This document shows positions 22,275 to 33,969 of a stretch of DNA of 64,000 nucleotides, in pieces (position 1 is the stretch's first letter; each line of letters opens with the position of its first letter). This stretch comes from Candidatus Latescibacterota bacterium (GTDB lineage: Bacteria > Latescibacterota > UBA2968). A program made the position numbers and the translations under genes. The notes beneath the pieces are model-generated. The model had not been told where the DNA came from. It ran no database searches and saw only the letters and a program-made list of their open reading frames with translations. The stretch spans positions 2,144,001 to 2,208,000 of the forward strand of contig OZ240241.1 of NCBI GenBank assembly GCA_965198115.1, written 5' to 3'.

Positions 22275-23441
22275 CTACATCATCGAGATCCGCTTCTTCT
22301 CGAAGAAGCCCCGATCCCATTCCGCACCCCATCCCGGACCTTCGGGCGGTCGGATCTGGCCGTTCACGGGCACGGGCGGGTTCGTGAGCCCGATCTCCTT
22401 CCCCGCCTCGTCGCGGGACCCGTTCGGAAAATACTCGTAGTAGGATGTATTCTCGACACCACAGACCAGATGCGCGTGCACCAATCCAAAGTTTCCGCCG
22501 GGCCCGTTAGGCTCGATCGTCGTCCCCATCGACGACGCCAGCCGCGCGAGTCGTAGAATACCCGTCAGCCCGTGGCGGGCGTTGACGCGAAGCAAGTCGG
22601 TTGCCCCTGACGTGAGCCACAGCGCGCTCAGATCCATATCGTTCATCATCGTCTCCGGGGTGACCACGGGAATCTCGAGCGCTTCGCACAGCTTCTGCAA
22701 CCCGACCTGATCTCGATCGAAGAGCGGTTCCTCGAACCAACCGTAATCCAGCTCCTCGAGCAGCCGGCCCACGGCGATCGCCTCCTCCAGATCGTAGTCG
22801 CACCCCGCGGCATCGTGAAGTAACGAGATGTCCGCCCCCACCGCTTCGCGTGTTGCCCTGAACCACGGATCGTTTTCCGCGCCAGTCCCTCTGTAATGGT
22901 CTTTGACCGCGCTGAATCCACGTGCAACAGCCGACACCGAATCTTCGGCGGCGGCCTCGGGCGTGGATCCTCCATTGTTATAGTAGGCCGGACACGATTC
23001 ACGCGCTCTTCCGACCAGATCCGCAACGGGCTTGTTCTGCGCTTTCCCGGCGATATCCCACAGACAATTGTCGAAGGCGCCCTGCCAACCCATCGCCGTA
23101 AACATGCCACGCGTCGCGATCTGGCACATATCGTAAAGCCGTTCACGGTCGCCCGAATCTTCACCGATCGCCAGGACGCGCAATTGCTCCAGATCGAGTC
23201 GCCGCATCGTCGTGTAGCGCGCGTCTCCAACCGTGCAGATGCCCTCGATTCCTTCATCCGTCTCCACGTGAAGCACGTGGATCTCGTCCTGGACCGACGA
23301 ATGAGGACGCCGCACCCAGCGCGACCGGTCGCGCCCCGTGTCCACCTGCTCGAGTTTGAACCGGCCGGTGTTGCTCGTCGACTCAAAGATCGAGAGCTTG
23401 ACGTCGGTGATTTTCACAGTGGCCTCAGCCTTGCACGACAA
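22275..23441 (-). CDS. Mandelate racemase/muconate lactonizing (enolase superfamily) enzyme
   Basis: DNCLWDIAGK, LLHDA, WFEEP, PEGPGWG. Confidence 0.88.
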   Translation of the reverse strand: MSCKAEATVKITDVKLSIFESTSNTGRFKLEQVDTGRDRSRWVRRPHSSVQDEIHVLHVETDEGIEGICTVGDARYTTMRRLDLEQLRVLAIGEDSGDRERLYDMCQIATRGMFTAMGWQGAFDNCLWDIAGKAQNKPVADLVGRARESCPAYYNNGGSTPEAAAEDSVSAVARGFSAVKDHYRGTGAENDPWFRATREAVGADISLLHDAAGCDYDLEEAIAVGRLLEELDYGWFEEPLFDRDQVGLQKLCEALEIPVVTPETMMNDMDLSALWLTSGATDLLRVNARHGLTGILRLARLASSMGTTIEPNGPGGNFGLVHAHLVCGVENTSYYEYFPNGSRDEAGKEIGLTNPPVPVNGQIRPPEGPGWGAEWDRGFFEKKRISMM

Positions 23442-23489
23442 GTGTGATGTGACTATGATCTGGATGATGCGAGAACATCAGGAGAGAAT

Positions 23490-24043
23490 ATGAAAAACGC
23501 CATTATCGATGATCTTTACAAAATTGACGGCAAAGCAGAACTCGTAGAAGGAATGATCGTGATGGACTCGCCGACTGGTCTCCTACCCGGATACGCGGCC
23601 GGAGAGATATTTGTGAGTCTGCACACCTATGCCAAGAAAGGAAAACCGGTCACGCCATTACAGACAACGCCGCGTTCATCGTAGATCTTCCGAACAGGAA
23701 ATCCTTCTCACCAGATGCCGCCTACCACCTCGGCCCTCTCACGATGAAGTTCGCAGAGGGCGCCCCAGTATTTGCGGTCGAGGTTCGCAGCGAAGCCGAT
23801 CAAGGCCCTACTGCCGAGAAACGGATGGCCTCCAAAAGAGCCGATTATTTCGCAGCCGGTACACTCGTCGTCTGGGACGTCGACCTCGAGGCTGAAGACG
23901 TCGTCCGCGTGTATCGAGAAGACCAGGCCGATCCCGTCAGATTCGGTCGTAGCGATTTCGCCGACGCCGAACCCGCCGTTCCGGGGTGGTCCATGCCCGT
24001 CAACGCCCTTTTCCCAGAAAACGAAACCCCCTCCAGTCACTAG
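23490..24043 (+). pseudogene. Uma2-family (PD-(D/E)xK) endonuclease, frameshift at ~23645
   Basis: KAELVEG..; FSPDAA, FAVEVRS and KRADYFAAGT in the second frame; A-run one short. Confidence 0.82.
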
Positions 24044-24112
24044 GGCGAAGACGCTAATCAATCCTCGATATTCGATATTCGATTCTCGATCTGAATGTTC
24101 AATCTTCTATGT

Positions 24113-25891
24113 TCAATGTGAATGCCTCGGCACCGTCCGCTTCACCTTCTGATACTTCACCGCCGGCTTCATCACAGCGCCATCGGCCAATTGCGACACC
24201 GTCGACCGATAGATCTCTTCCCACGGGGTCTGGTGGTCGAGCACCTTCAGCTCGAGCGCATCCTTCCTTCGTTTGATCTCGTCATCGTCGATGAGCACGT
24301 TGACTTCGCGCGTGTTCAGATCGATGCGAACGGGGTCTCCCGACTGCAGGATTGCCAGGTTGCCACCGACGGCCGCCTCCGGTGAGCAGTTCAGTATGGA
24401 TGGACTGGCCGACGTGCCGCTCTGCCGCCCGTCCCCCACGCAAGGCAACTCCGGCACCCCGCTCTGAACGAGTCGATCGGGCGGCAGCATGTTGACGACC
24501 TCTGCCGAGCCGGGGAACCCTACAGGCCCGCAGCCCCTCACGAAAAGGATGCACTGATCGTCGATTTCGAGGGCCGGGTCGTTGATACGATCGTGGTAGT
24601 CTTCCGGCCCTTCGAACACCACGGCCTTCCCTTCCCACGCATTCTTATCCCCTTCCCGCTCGAGATATTTCTCTCTAAAATCATCTCCGATGACGGACGT
24701 CTTGATCAGTCCCGAATCGAACAGGTTCCCGCTGAGAATGATGAATCCGGCGTTCTGTTTCAACGGGTCGTCATAGGTCTTTATCACCCGCGGATCCTTG
24801 ATCTCGGCGCCCTCGAGATTCTGGCCCATCGACTTTCCCGTCACCGTCAGGCACGACTCGTCGAGCTTGCGTGCTTTCTTCAGCTCACCCATCACAGCCG
24901 GAATCCCACCGGCACGGTAGAACGCCTCTCCCAACCACTCACCCGCAGGCTGGCAATTCACGAGCAGGGGGATCTCGTGGCCGTGGGTCTGAAAGTCTTC
25001 GATCGACAGCTGTGCGCCAATGTGACGGGCGATGGCCACCAGGTGCGGCGGCGCGTTGGTGGACCCACCGATCGCCGAATTCACGACGATGGCGTTCAGG
25101 AACGCTTCGCGCGTCAGGATCTGCGAGGGGCACAGATCCTCCCTTACCATATCGACGATCCGTCGCCCCGTGTGATACGCCATCTGTGCCCGTTCACGAT
25201 AGGCGCCCGGAATCGCCGCGCACCCGGTCAGCGACATGCCCAGCGCTTCGGTCAGCGAGTTCATCGACAGCGCCGTGCCCATCGTATTGCAATGCCCGAC
25301 GCTCGGCGACGAGGACACGGCCATATCCATGAAGTCTTCATAGTCGATCTTGTTCGACGCGTAGGCTTCTCGTGCTTCCCAGATGACCGTTCCCGATCCC
25401 GCAAGCATGCCTTCCCAGTGGCCATCCAACATCGGGCCGCCCGACAGCACGATCGACGGGATGTCCATCGTCGCGGCGGCCATCAGACACGCCGGTGTCG
25501 TCTTGTCGCATCCCGTGGTCAGCACGACCCCGTCGAGCGGGTAGCCGTGCAACACCTCGACGATCCCTAGATAGGCGAGGTTGCGGTCGAGCGCGGCCGT
25601 CGGTCGCTTGCCCTGCTCCGCAATCGGATGCACGGGGAACTCGAATGGGAACCCGCCCGCATCGCGAATCCCCTCTTTCACCCTTTGCGCGAGAAACACG
25701 TGATGGCGATTGCACGGGGCGAGGTCGTTGCCCGTCTGAGCGATTCCGATGACGGGACGACCACTCTGTAATTCCTCACGCGTAATCCCATAGTTCATGT
25801 AGCGCTCGACGTAGACGGCCGTCATTCCCGGGTTATCCGGATTGTTGAACCACTCCTGCGAGCGCAGTTCTTTCGGTGTATGCTTTGCCAT
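24113..25891 (-). CDS. xylD: IlvD/Edd-family sugar-acid dehydratase, D-xylonate dehydratase-like
   Basis: PCNRHH, GCDKT, GHCNTMGTA, GGSTN, DGRQSGT; N-terminus LRSQEWFNNP..YVERYMNYG. Confidence 0.8.
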   Translation of the reverse strand: MAKHTPKELRSQEWFNNPDNPGMTAVYVERYMNYGITREELQSGRPVIGIAQTGNDLAPCNRHHVFLAQRVKEGIRDAGGFPFEFPVHPIAEQGKRPTAALDRNLAYLGIVEVLHGYPLDGVVLTTGCDKTTPACLMAAATMDIPSIVLSGGPMLDGHWEGMLAGSGTVIWEAREAYASNKIDYEDFMDMAVSSSPSVGHCNTMGTALSMNSLTEALGMSLTGCAAIPGAYRERAQMAYHTGRRIVDMVREDLCPSQILTREAFLNAIVVNSAIGGSTNAPPHLVAIARHIGAQLSIEDFQTHGHEIPLLVNCQPAGEWLGEAFYRAGGIPAVMGELKKARKLDESCLTVTGKSMGQNLEGAEIKDPRVIKTYDDPLKQNAGFIILSGNLFDSGLIKTSVIGDDFREKYLEREGDKNAWEGKAVVFEGPEDYHDRINDPALEIDDQCILFVRGCGPVGFPGSAEVVNMLPPDRLVQSGVPELPCVGDGRQSGTSASPSILNCSPEAAVGGNLAILQSGDPVRIDLNTREVNVLIDDDEIKRRKDALELKVLDHQTPWEEIYRSTVSQLADGAVMKPAVKYQKVKRTVPRHSH

Positions 25892-26150
25892 GTAAGCCCC
25901 TGTAGAGTTGGTCCATTCCGCCCACGATGCCCGATGTCAAGATTGAGAATCGTCCGACCACACGCAAGGCTGACGGTCTTTGAGGTCGATTCGGGCACGA
26001 AAAGGGGTGCCGACAATCGCCGACACCCCTTTCCTCATTTTCTCATTCCAGAGACCGCCAAACCTATCACGAACCAGGTCCTACTACCGCTTTTCTAACG
26101 ACGAACGGGTCCGCACCGCGTACACGATCAATCAAGAAAGACTCATCGAC

Positions 26151-26501
26151 TCAATCACTCAGCCCTGCGATCGCTTCCGCCTCCGATTCATAAATCGTGG
26201 ATGCCTTAAGCAACCCCATAATGCGGAAAGTTTTCCCGATCGTCGGCGTCACACAGCAGAATCCGACCTTGCCATTCAGCCCTTTCACCTTCTCGATAAC
26301 TTCGATCAGGATGGAGATGCCGATACTGTTGATGATTCGGGACTGTTCCAGGTTCAACAGGATGCGAGTGACTCCGTCGTCCACCATAGTATTGCAGGCT
26401 TCAGCGACCTTCTCCGCCCCAATGTTGTTGATGTAGCCATCCGTCACGACGATGCCGACGTCACCCTCCTGTCGAGTCTGAACAGCCAAGCCCTCCGCCA
26501 T
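26151..26501 (-). CDS. STAS-domain anti-sigma factor antagonist (RsbV/SpoIIAA-like)
   Basis: GYIN, ILLNL..IINSIGIS phosphoacceptor motif, FRIMGL. Confidence 0.88.
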   Translation of the reverse strand: MAEGLAVQTRQEGDVGIVVTDGYINNIGAEKVAEACNTMVDDGVTRILLNLEQSRIINSIGISILIEVIEKVKGLNGKVGFCCVTPTIGKTFRIMGLLKASTIYESEAEAIAGLSD

Positions 26502-26514
26502 CGTAAGCCCCTTA

Positions 26515-28430
26515 GGGTTTGCCACGAAATAAGTGCTGCACTTTTCAAGGTAATGATCTTACGCTCGGAGTGTGGACGTCGAAACTCTCCGAACGAAGTA
26601 TGAAGCCTTGGCTCCGGTGCTGACGGAACGCACGCGTCGTCTGTGGGCCGCCACGGAAGCCGAAGCGTTGGGTCACGGTGGGATCGCGATTGTGGCTCTG
26701 GCGACAGGAATGTCCAGAGAGCGGATCTTTCGTGGCATTCAGGAGTTGAGGTCGGACGAACCTTTGGACCCGGCTCGCATCCGGCGTCCAGGCGGCGGTC
26801 GTAAGCGGAAGGCCGACACGGACCCGACGCTGTGGCAGGACCTGAATGATCTGGTCGAGCCAACGACTGCGGGGTCGCCTGACGACAATCCTCTGAGATG
26901 GACATCGAAGAGCACTCGCAAACTGGCCGCCGAGTTGCAAGCGATGGGGCATTCGGTGAGCCCCAGGATCGTTGCCAATCTCCTGCACGAACACGATTAC
27001 ACGCTGCAGGCGAATCGGAAGACAAGGGAGGGATCTGCACACCCGGAGGGACGCTCAGTTCGTTTACCTCGATGATCGGATTAGCCAGCAGCAGCAGCAG
27101 GGCCTTCCCGTTATCTCGGTGGACACCAAGAAGAAAGAGTTGATCGGCGACTTCAAGAATCCTGGCCGAGAATGGCGACCCAAGGGAGACCCGGAGCGTG
27201 TGAAGGTACACGATTTCATAGTACCTGCTCAGGGCAAGGCGATCCCTTATGGAGTGTATGATCTGAGCCGTGATGAAGGCTGGGTAAGTGTCGGTATCGA
27301 TCACGACACGGCCAGCTTCGCCGTGAATGCGATCCGAAGTTGGTGGAAGAACATGGGACGGCCCGCCTACGGCACTTCGACGCATCTGCTAATCACGGCG
27401 GACGCAGGCGGCAGCAACGGCGCCAAGACGCGGCTGTGGAAGTGGGAGCTGCAGCGCTTTGCGAATCGCACTGGCCTGACGATCACCGTATGCCACTACC
27501 CTCCTGGCACTAGTAAGTGGAACAAGATCGAACATCGCCTGTTCTCCTTCATCGCTATGAACTGGCGAGGCAAGCCCCTGGTCAGCCTGGCTGCAACCGT
27601 GAATCTCATTGCCGGAACGACCACTCAAGCCGGTCTCCGAGTACGCTCCGAGATCGACAAGCGACCCTACCCTAACGGGGTCAAGGTGACCGATGAACAG
27701 ATGACCCAAATCGATCTCACTCCGCACGATTTCCACGGCGACTGGAACTACACGATCCGGCCAATGGCTCAACATTGAGATCGACCGTTTATTTATGGCT
27801 CTATCCGGGTTTCTCAACGGTGAAACTATAGAATGACAAGGTCATAGATCGTTCCCTACGCTTGGTTGTGTGTGTAGGACAATCAAAGCGAAGGGGGTGC
27901 GACCTATGACCGGGAGCAGATTACTATCGAAACTGCTGAGATTCAAGGGGTTCCGTGTTGTCAGCTGGTGGTTTGAGGAGGCGAACTACCGAATCTATAG
28001 AGCCTGGAGACTCAAGGACGAGTTCGAGCAGTTCTGGGAATACAAAGCGCCCTGGGCTGCCGAACGCTTCCTGAAATGCTGGACGACGTCCGCACTCAGA
28101 AGTCGACTTGAACCCCTGCGAAAGTTCGTCAGGACCCTGCGACAGCACTTCTTCGGCGTCCTCGCATTCGTGAACACGCGTCTTACCAACGCCATCGCCG
28201 AAGGCCTCAACCGAATCGTCCAAATCGTCAAGAACCGAGCCAGCGGATTCCGCACACTCGACGCATTCAACGATATGATCTTCCTTACCGTCGGAGACAT
28301 AAACATCCCTGAGCAGATTCCGAAGAGGTTCCGCACACTCTAACCGCGCCCCCATGCCAGGAACCACGGCACCTTCACCCACTTCATCTCGTTGAGAGAT
28401 CCGGATATAGCCTTTTTTATTCGCGAACCC
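26515..28430 (+). mobile_element. ISAzo13-family element; transposase 26572-27778 frameshifted at ~27050; ISL3 inserted in its right IR
   Basis: ISVDTKKKE, ADAGGSN, TSKWNKIEHRLFS; IRs GGGTT.GC.A..AAATAA; 3-bp TSD TTA. Confidence 0.9.
27797..28412 (+). mobile_element. ISL3 copy 3, internally deleted (616 bp; 804-bp in-frame deletion)
   Basis: Both IRs intact; WWFE joined to EANYR; TSD TTATTTAT/TTTTTTAT. Confidence 0.93.
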
Positions 28431-29531
28431 TTAACGGTTCTTTACCATCGTAATCGAGGTGCCAGCGGATCCCGACTCGATTCTGACCTCATCCATCAAC
28501 TCTTCCATAATGCGTAGGCCCCAACCTCGTTTGCTTTCCCCCGACGCTCGACGCTCTTCAACGGCTTTCTTCGCGACTGTAGGATCGAATCCCTCCCCCG
28601 AATCCGCAATCTGGATCGTCAGTGCATCTTCCCCGATCTCGAAATTGATGCGCACTTTCCGATCCTTGCTCTGACTGTGTTCGAACGAGTTGATACACGC
28701 CTCGATGATAGGCAGTTTGATCTCTTCGGTCTTGTCCCGGTCCAGTTCCATGAACGTCGCCACCGCTTCGGCCGTTTTCGTCGCGGCGAGTTCCATTTCG
28801 GGCAGCATCGGAATCGACAGATCGACGCTCGGACTGGTTTCTTTTTCACTCACGGCAGTCCTGGACCTCTTGTGTTTGCCCTCTCCGACAACCCAATGAG
28901 TCTGGATGTTTCCAACCCCGGCGAGCCTGCGCCAACCTGCATCTTCGAACGAGAACCGATCGGCGACAGCCAGTTCGATCGAATCGTCCACCAGGATCTG
29001 TCCCGCCGGCGCCCCATCACACAGACGCGCGGCCTGAACGACCGCGGGACCGATGCAAGTGTATTCCATCCGGCGAATCGAGCCCACGTTTCCCGCGACG
29101 ACACGTCCCCTGGACATCCCGAACGCGAGAGGAACAGGCTCGGGTTTCCTGCGGTTGAAGCGGGCGACCTCATCGCGCATTGCAACCGCCGTCCGCACCG
29201 CACGAACCGTGTCGTCCGCCTGGCTCAGGGGGGCTCCGTAGACGACCATGAACCCGTCGCCCATGTATTTATCCAGCGTCCCGCCGTTCTCAAATATAAG
29301 CTCGTTCAAGCGCGTAAAGCAATCGTTCAGCAGCGATACCATCTCCTCTGCACCGATACGCGTCAGTAAATTCGTCGATTTCCGAATGTCTGCACACAAC
29401 ACCGTGACATCGCGTTCTTCGCCTCCGAGCGAAAGCATCCCATCCCCCTCGACCATCGCGTCGACGACCTGATCGCTGACATACGCCTTGAACATCGACC
29501 GCAAGCGCATCTCCTCCGACAAGTCCTCTAG
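28431..29531 (-). pseudogene. Class III nucleotidyl cyclase fused to RsbW-type anti-sigma kinase (HATPase_c_2), 5'-truncated by IS1380
   Basis: ADIRKST, DKYMGDG and YTCIG..AARL, then EACINSFEH, DSGEGFD and GWGL..LMDEV in one frame. Confidence 0.82.
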
Positions 29532-29551
29532 CCTGAATTATGCATAAAAAG

Positions 29552-30971
29552 GGCTCTATCCGGGTTTCTCAACGGTGAAACTATAGAATGACAAGGTCAT
29601 AGATCGTTCCCTACGCTTGGTTGTGTGTGTAGGACAATCAAAGCGAAGGGGGTGCGACCTATGACCGGGAGCAGATTACTATCGAAACTGCTGAGATTCA
29701 AGGGGTTCCGTGTTGTCAGCTGGTGGTTTGAGGGGAGAAGCTGTTTCGTCATCGCCGTAAAGCCACATAAGAATGGTTGTTGTTGTCTGGAGTGCGGCCG
29801 TCGAGGTAAAATCGTCCGCACAATGCCCCATCCGCGTCGGTGGCGTGACATTCCGGTGTGCGGGTGGAGGGTCTGGCTTCTCTACCATCCTCGGGAGATT
29901 CGGTGTCCTACCCACGGTCGTGTGGTCGAGGAGATTCCGTGGGCGGAGCGGTTCTCTCGGGTGACGTATCGCTTCGAGTATGCCATGCTGCGCTACTGCC
30001 AGACCATGACGCAGAAGGCGGCGTCCGAGTTACTGCGCATCTCTGCCTCGACGCTGTCGGATCTCCTTCACCGATCCATCACGCGGCTTCGTGAAGGTCA
30101 TCGTATCCGAGGGCTCAAAACCATCGGGATCGACGAGATCTCCTACGCCAAGCGTCACAGGTACGCCACGCTCGTTTACGATCTGGACCGCTCCTGCGTG
30201 GTGTGGGTTGGCCGCGGCAGGGCGCGTAAAACGATCGATCGGTTCTTCACAGAGGCTCTCAGTCCCTACCAGAGATCCAAGATCGAGTGGGCCTGCTGCG
30301 ACATGAGCGAAGCTTACATCGGAGCCATCCAGGAACACTGTCCGAATGCCAAGCTGGTCCTCGATCGCTTTCACATCGTCAAGGCTCTCAATGCCGCCGT
30401 TGACGAGGTCCGTAAGGACCAGTGGCGTAAAGCTGCCCCGGATGAGCGCAAAGCCATGAAGGGCCTCCGATGGCTCCTCTACCGGCACTCAGCGACACGC
30501 TCCAGAGGGGATACTCGGACACTCAAAGCACTGGAGAAGGCGAACTACCGAATCTATAGAGCCTGGAGACTCAAGGACGAGTTCGAGCAGTTCTGGGAAT
30601 ACAAAGCGCCCTGGGCTGCCGAACGCTTCCTGAAATGCTGGACGACGTCCGCACTCAGAAGTCGACTTGAACCCCTGCGAAAGTTCGTCAGGACCCTGCG
30701 ACAGCACTTCTTCGGCGTCCTCGCATTCGTGAACACGCGTCTTACCAACGCCATCGCCGAAGGCCTCAACCGAATCGTCCAAATCGTCAAGAACCGAGCC
30801 AGCGGATTCCGCACACTCGACGCATTCAACGATATGATCTTCCTTACCGTCGGAGACATAAACATCCCTGAGCAGATTCCGAAGAGGTTCCGCACACGCT
30901 AACCGCGCCCCCATGCCAGGAACCACGGCACCTTCACCCACTTCATCTCGTTGAGAGATCCGGATATAGCC
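29552..30971 (+). mobile_element. ISL3 copy 4 (1420 bp, transposase 29625-30902)
   Basis: TSD ATAAAAAG, 20 bp inside the IS1380 left end. Confidence 0.95.
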
Positions 30972-31682
30972 ATAAAAAGGTAGTCCCCTTGTACAAGTGT
31001 TTGTTTTTCCCTACATTAGGGCTGACACATCAAAACAACACTTGGAAGGAACTACCGTGATAGAACCTAGTCAGATCCGGTTACCATTCGCAAGCATTTC
31101 GGGCAAGGTAGTTGAGGCTGATTTTGCCGGTGGCGCCGTCAGGAGTGACGGTGGAGTTCTGTTGCTTCGCGCCCTTGAGTCTCAGATGGGATTGATCGCC
31201 AGAATGGTAGATGCTTTGCGAGATCGTCGTCACCCAAGCTATATCGATCACACGCTTTTGGATCTTGTGAAGCAGCGTGTTTTTCAGATCGCTTGCGGCT
31301 ATGAAGATGCCGTCGATTGTGATGATTTGCGCCACGATCCGGGCGTCAAGGCTGCCTGCGATCGGCTTCCTCTTTCCGGTCCTGATCTCGGGAGCCAATC
31401 AACGATGACACGACTTGAGAATGATGTGCGACGCTCGGATTTGTATCGGCTCGCACGGGCTTTTGTAGACGGGTTCATCGCATCGTATGACCAGGCACCC
31501 CCAAGCATCATTCTCGATATCGACGACACGGATGACCCAACGCACGGTGCGCAACAATTTTCACTCTTCAACGCGTATTACAATGAACACTGCTATATGC
31601 CGCTACATATCTATGAAGGCCAAAGCGGCAAGCTCATTACGACGATCTTGAGACCCGGGCATCCGACGAACGGTAAACAGGT

Positions 31683-33056
31683 GAGCTATAATCAAAAGGT
31701 GTGGAAAAAGAGAAAGGGCGACCCTACCCTTCCCGTGAGATAGTTGATTCACACAAAACCGGGTGAGAGGCCCGGTTGGGAAGGAGGATCGCCGTGAAGG
31801 AACATACGCATAGAGCCCCATTGAAGTCCATGCCGACGTGGGAGACGGTTGACGATTGGATCCGTGAAGAGATCCAGGGCCGGTTCCAGTCCATTCTGGA
31901 GGAGGAGGCGACCGCGTTCTTGGGCCGGTCGTGGTATGAGCGCCGAGCCGAGGTCGATAGCTCCAGGGGCTACAGGAACGGCTACGGCAAGCCCCGGCGT
32001 CTCTCGACGAGCTGCGGAACGATCAAGATCCGGCGTCCCCGGGTTCGTGGTCTGGAAGAGCGGTTTGAAAGCCGCATCCTCCCCCTGTTCGCCCGGAGAA
32101 CCAGGGCCATTGGAGATCTGCTTCCCGACCTTTATCTCCACGGTCTCTCCCAGGGCGACTTCGAGTTGTCTTTGCGTGCGCTGCTCGGTGATGGCGCGCC
32201 GCTTTCGCCGACCTCGATCGCTCGTCTTCGAGGGAAGTGGGAGGTCGACTTCCAGGACTGGAAAGAAAGGCGTCTGGATAATCGCGAACTGGTCTACGCC
32301 TGGGCTGATGGCATCTACGTCAAAGCCGGGCTCGAGCGCGAGAAGGCGTGTCTGCTGGTCGTGATCGGCGCGATGAGCGACGGCAGCAAGGAGATCCTGG
32401 CGATAGAACCCGGTTATCGAGAGTCTACAGAATCCTGGCTCACGGTGCTCCGGGATCTCCGGGATCGCGGGCTCGAACATCCTGTCCTGATCGCCGCGGA
32501 CGGGAATATGGGCATCTGGGCGGCCGTTGATCAGGTCTGGCCAGAGAGCCGGCAACAACGGTGCTGGAACCACAAGATCCTCAACGTGCTCGACAAGGTC
32601 GCCAAGCGTGCACAGGCTGAAGCCCGCGCACTGCTCGTCCAGATCCCCTATGCCGGCACGAAAAAGGAGGCCGAGAAGCTCCGGAAACGCTTTGCCGCAC
32701 GGTATCGCTCACAGTTCCCTGCCGCCGTGGAGACGCTCGAAAGAAACTGGGATCGGATGGTCACGTTCTACGACTTCCCGAAGGAACACTGGAAACACCT
32801 GAGAACCACGAACGTCGTCGAGAGCCCCTTTGCTTCCGTTCGGCTTCGCACAAACGCCGCCAGGCGATTCAAGAAAGTCAGGAACGCCACGGCTCTCATC
32901 TGGCGTACGCTCAAGGTCGCAGAGAGCCGATTCAGGAAACTCACCGCGCCACACTTGCTACAACAAGTCTACGATCAGAAACACTCAACCGAACCGCAGG
33001 TCGAAGCCGGGAAGATGGCCGCCTGATTTCTTTTACACACCTATTGACCTGAGCTC
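31683..33056 (+). mobile_element. IS256-family element A copy 2 (1374 bp, transposase to 33026)
   Basis: IRs GAGCT..AGGTGTG.AAAA; TSD AAACAGGT inside the IS1380 transposase. Confidence 0.94.
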
Positions 33057-33969
33057 AAACAGGTCGTTTCTATTCTCAAGCGCTTGGTGGAACACCTACG
33101 CGGATCTTGGCCAAACGTGGAGATCATCGTTCGCGCAGACTCAAAGTTCAGCTCACCAGAGATGCACGATTTCTGCGAAGACAACGGTATCTACTACGTT
33201 CTGGGCCAGGGCGCCAACTCCAAGCTCAAAGCGGCTGGACAAAACCTGATGGACCAAGCGCTACGTCTGAGCGAGCATAAGGAGACGATTCGCTTGTTCT
33301 CATCCTTCTCATATCAGGCTGGCACCTACCGGCAGCCTCGCCGGATCATTCACAAGGCTGAAGTCACAAACGGCGAAGCAAATCCAAGATACCGCGTGAC
33401 CAATTTACAGAGTAATCGAGACGGCTTTATCTATGATCGTATCTACTGCGCAAGGGGACGCACGGAAGGCTTCATCAAGGACCACAAAACATTCCTTCAC
33501 TCCGATCGAACATCGTGCCACAAGTTTGAAGCCAACCAGTTCCGACTCTTTCTACACAGTGCTGCATACGCCTTGCTTCACGCACTCCGATCACAGGGAC
33601 TCAAGGGCACCGCGTGGACCAAACCTCAGGTCAACACGATACAGAACCGTTTCCTCAAAATCGGCGCGAGAGTCATTGAAAGCGCACGAAGAATCCGATT
33701 CCATTTTCCAACATCGTATCCACTCAAAAACGTCTTGGTGTCAATCATCACCAGGCTCGAAACGAACACGCAGTAACAACGCCGATCTATACCGGGGACA
33801 GCTATGTACACGTCGCAAAACAACACCTGTTCCGGACGAAAATCGTGACTCTTGCGACTCGTAGAGACCGCTTACGGGACCTTGGACATCCGAAGAAGCC
33901 GAGAACAAATCCTGTGCGTGATCACATCACTCCAAAACAACCTAAACTCAAATTCATGCATGATTCAGG

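Larger units (their letters stand above)
29532..33969 (+). mobile_element. IS1380-family element (transposase 31057-33776) carrying nested ISL3 and IS256
   Basis: IRs CCTGAATTATGCA / TGCATGATTCAGG; SDGGVLL, LDIDDTDD, VRADS, RGRTEGFIK. Confidence 0.9.
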
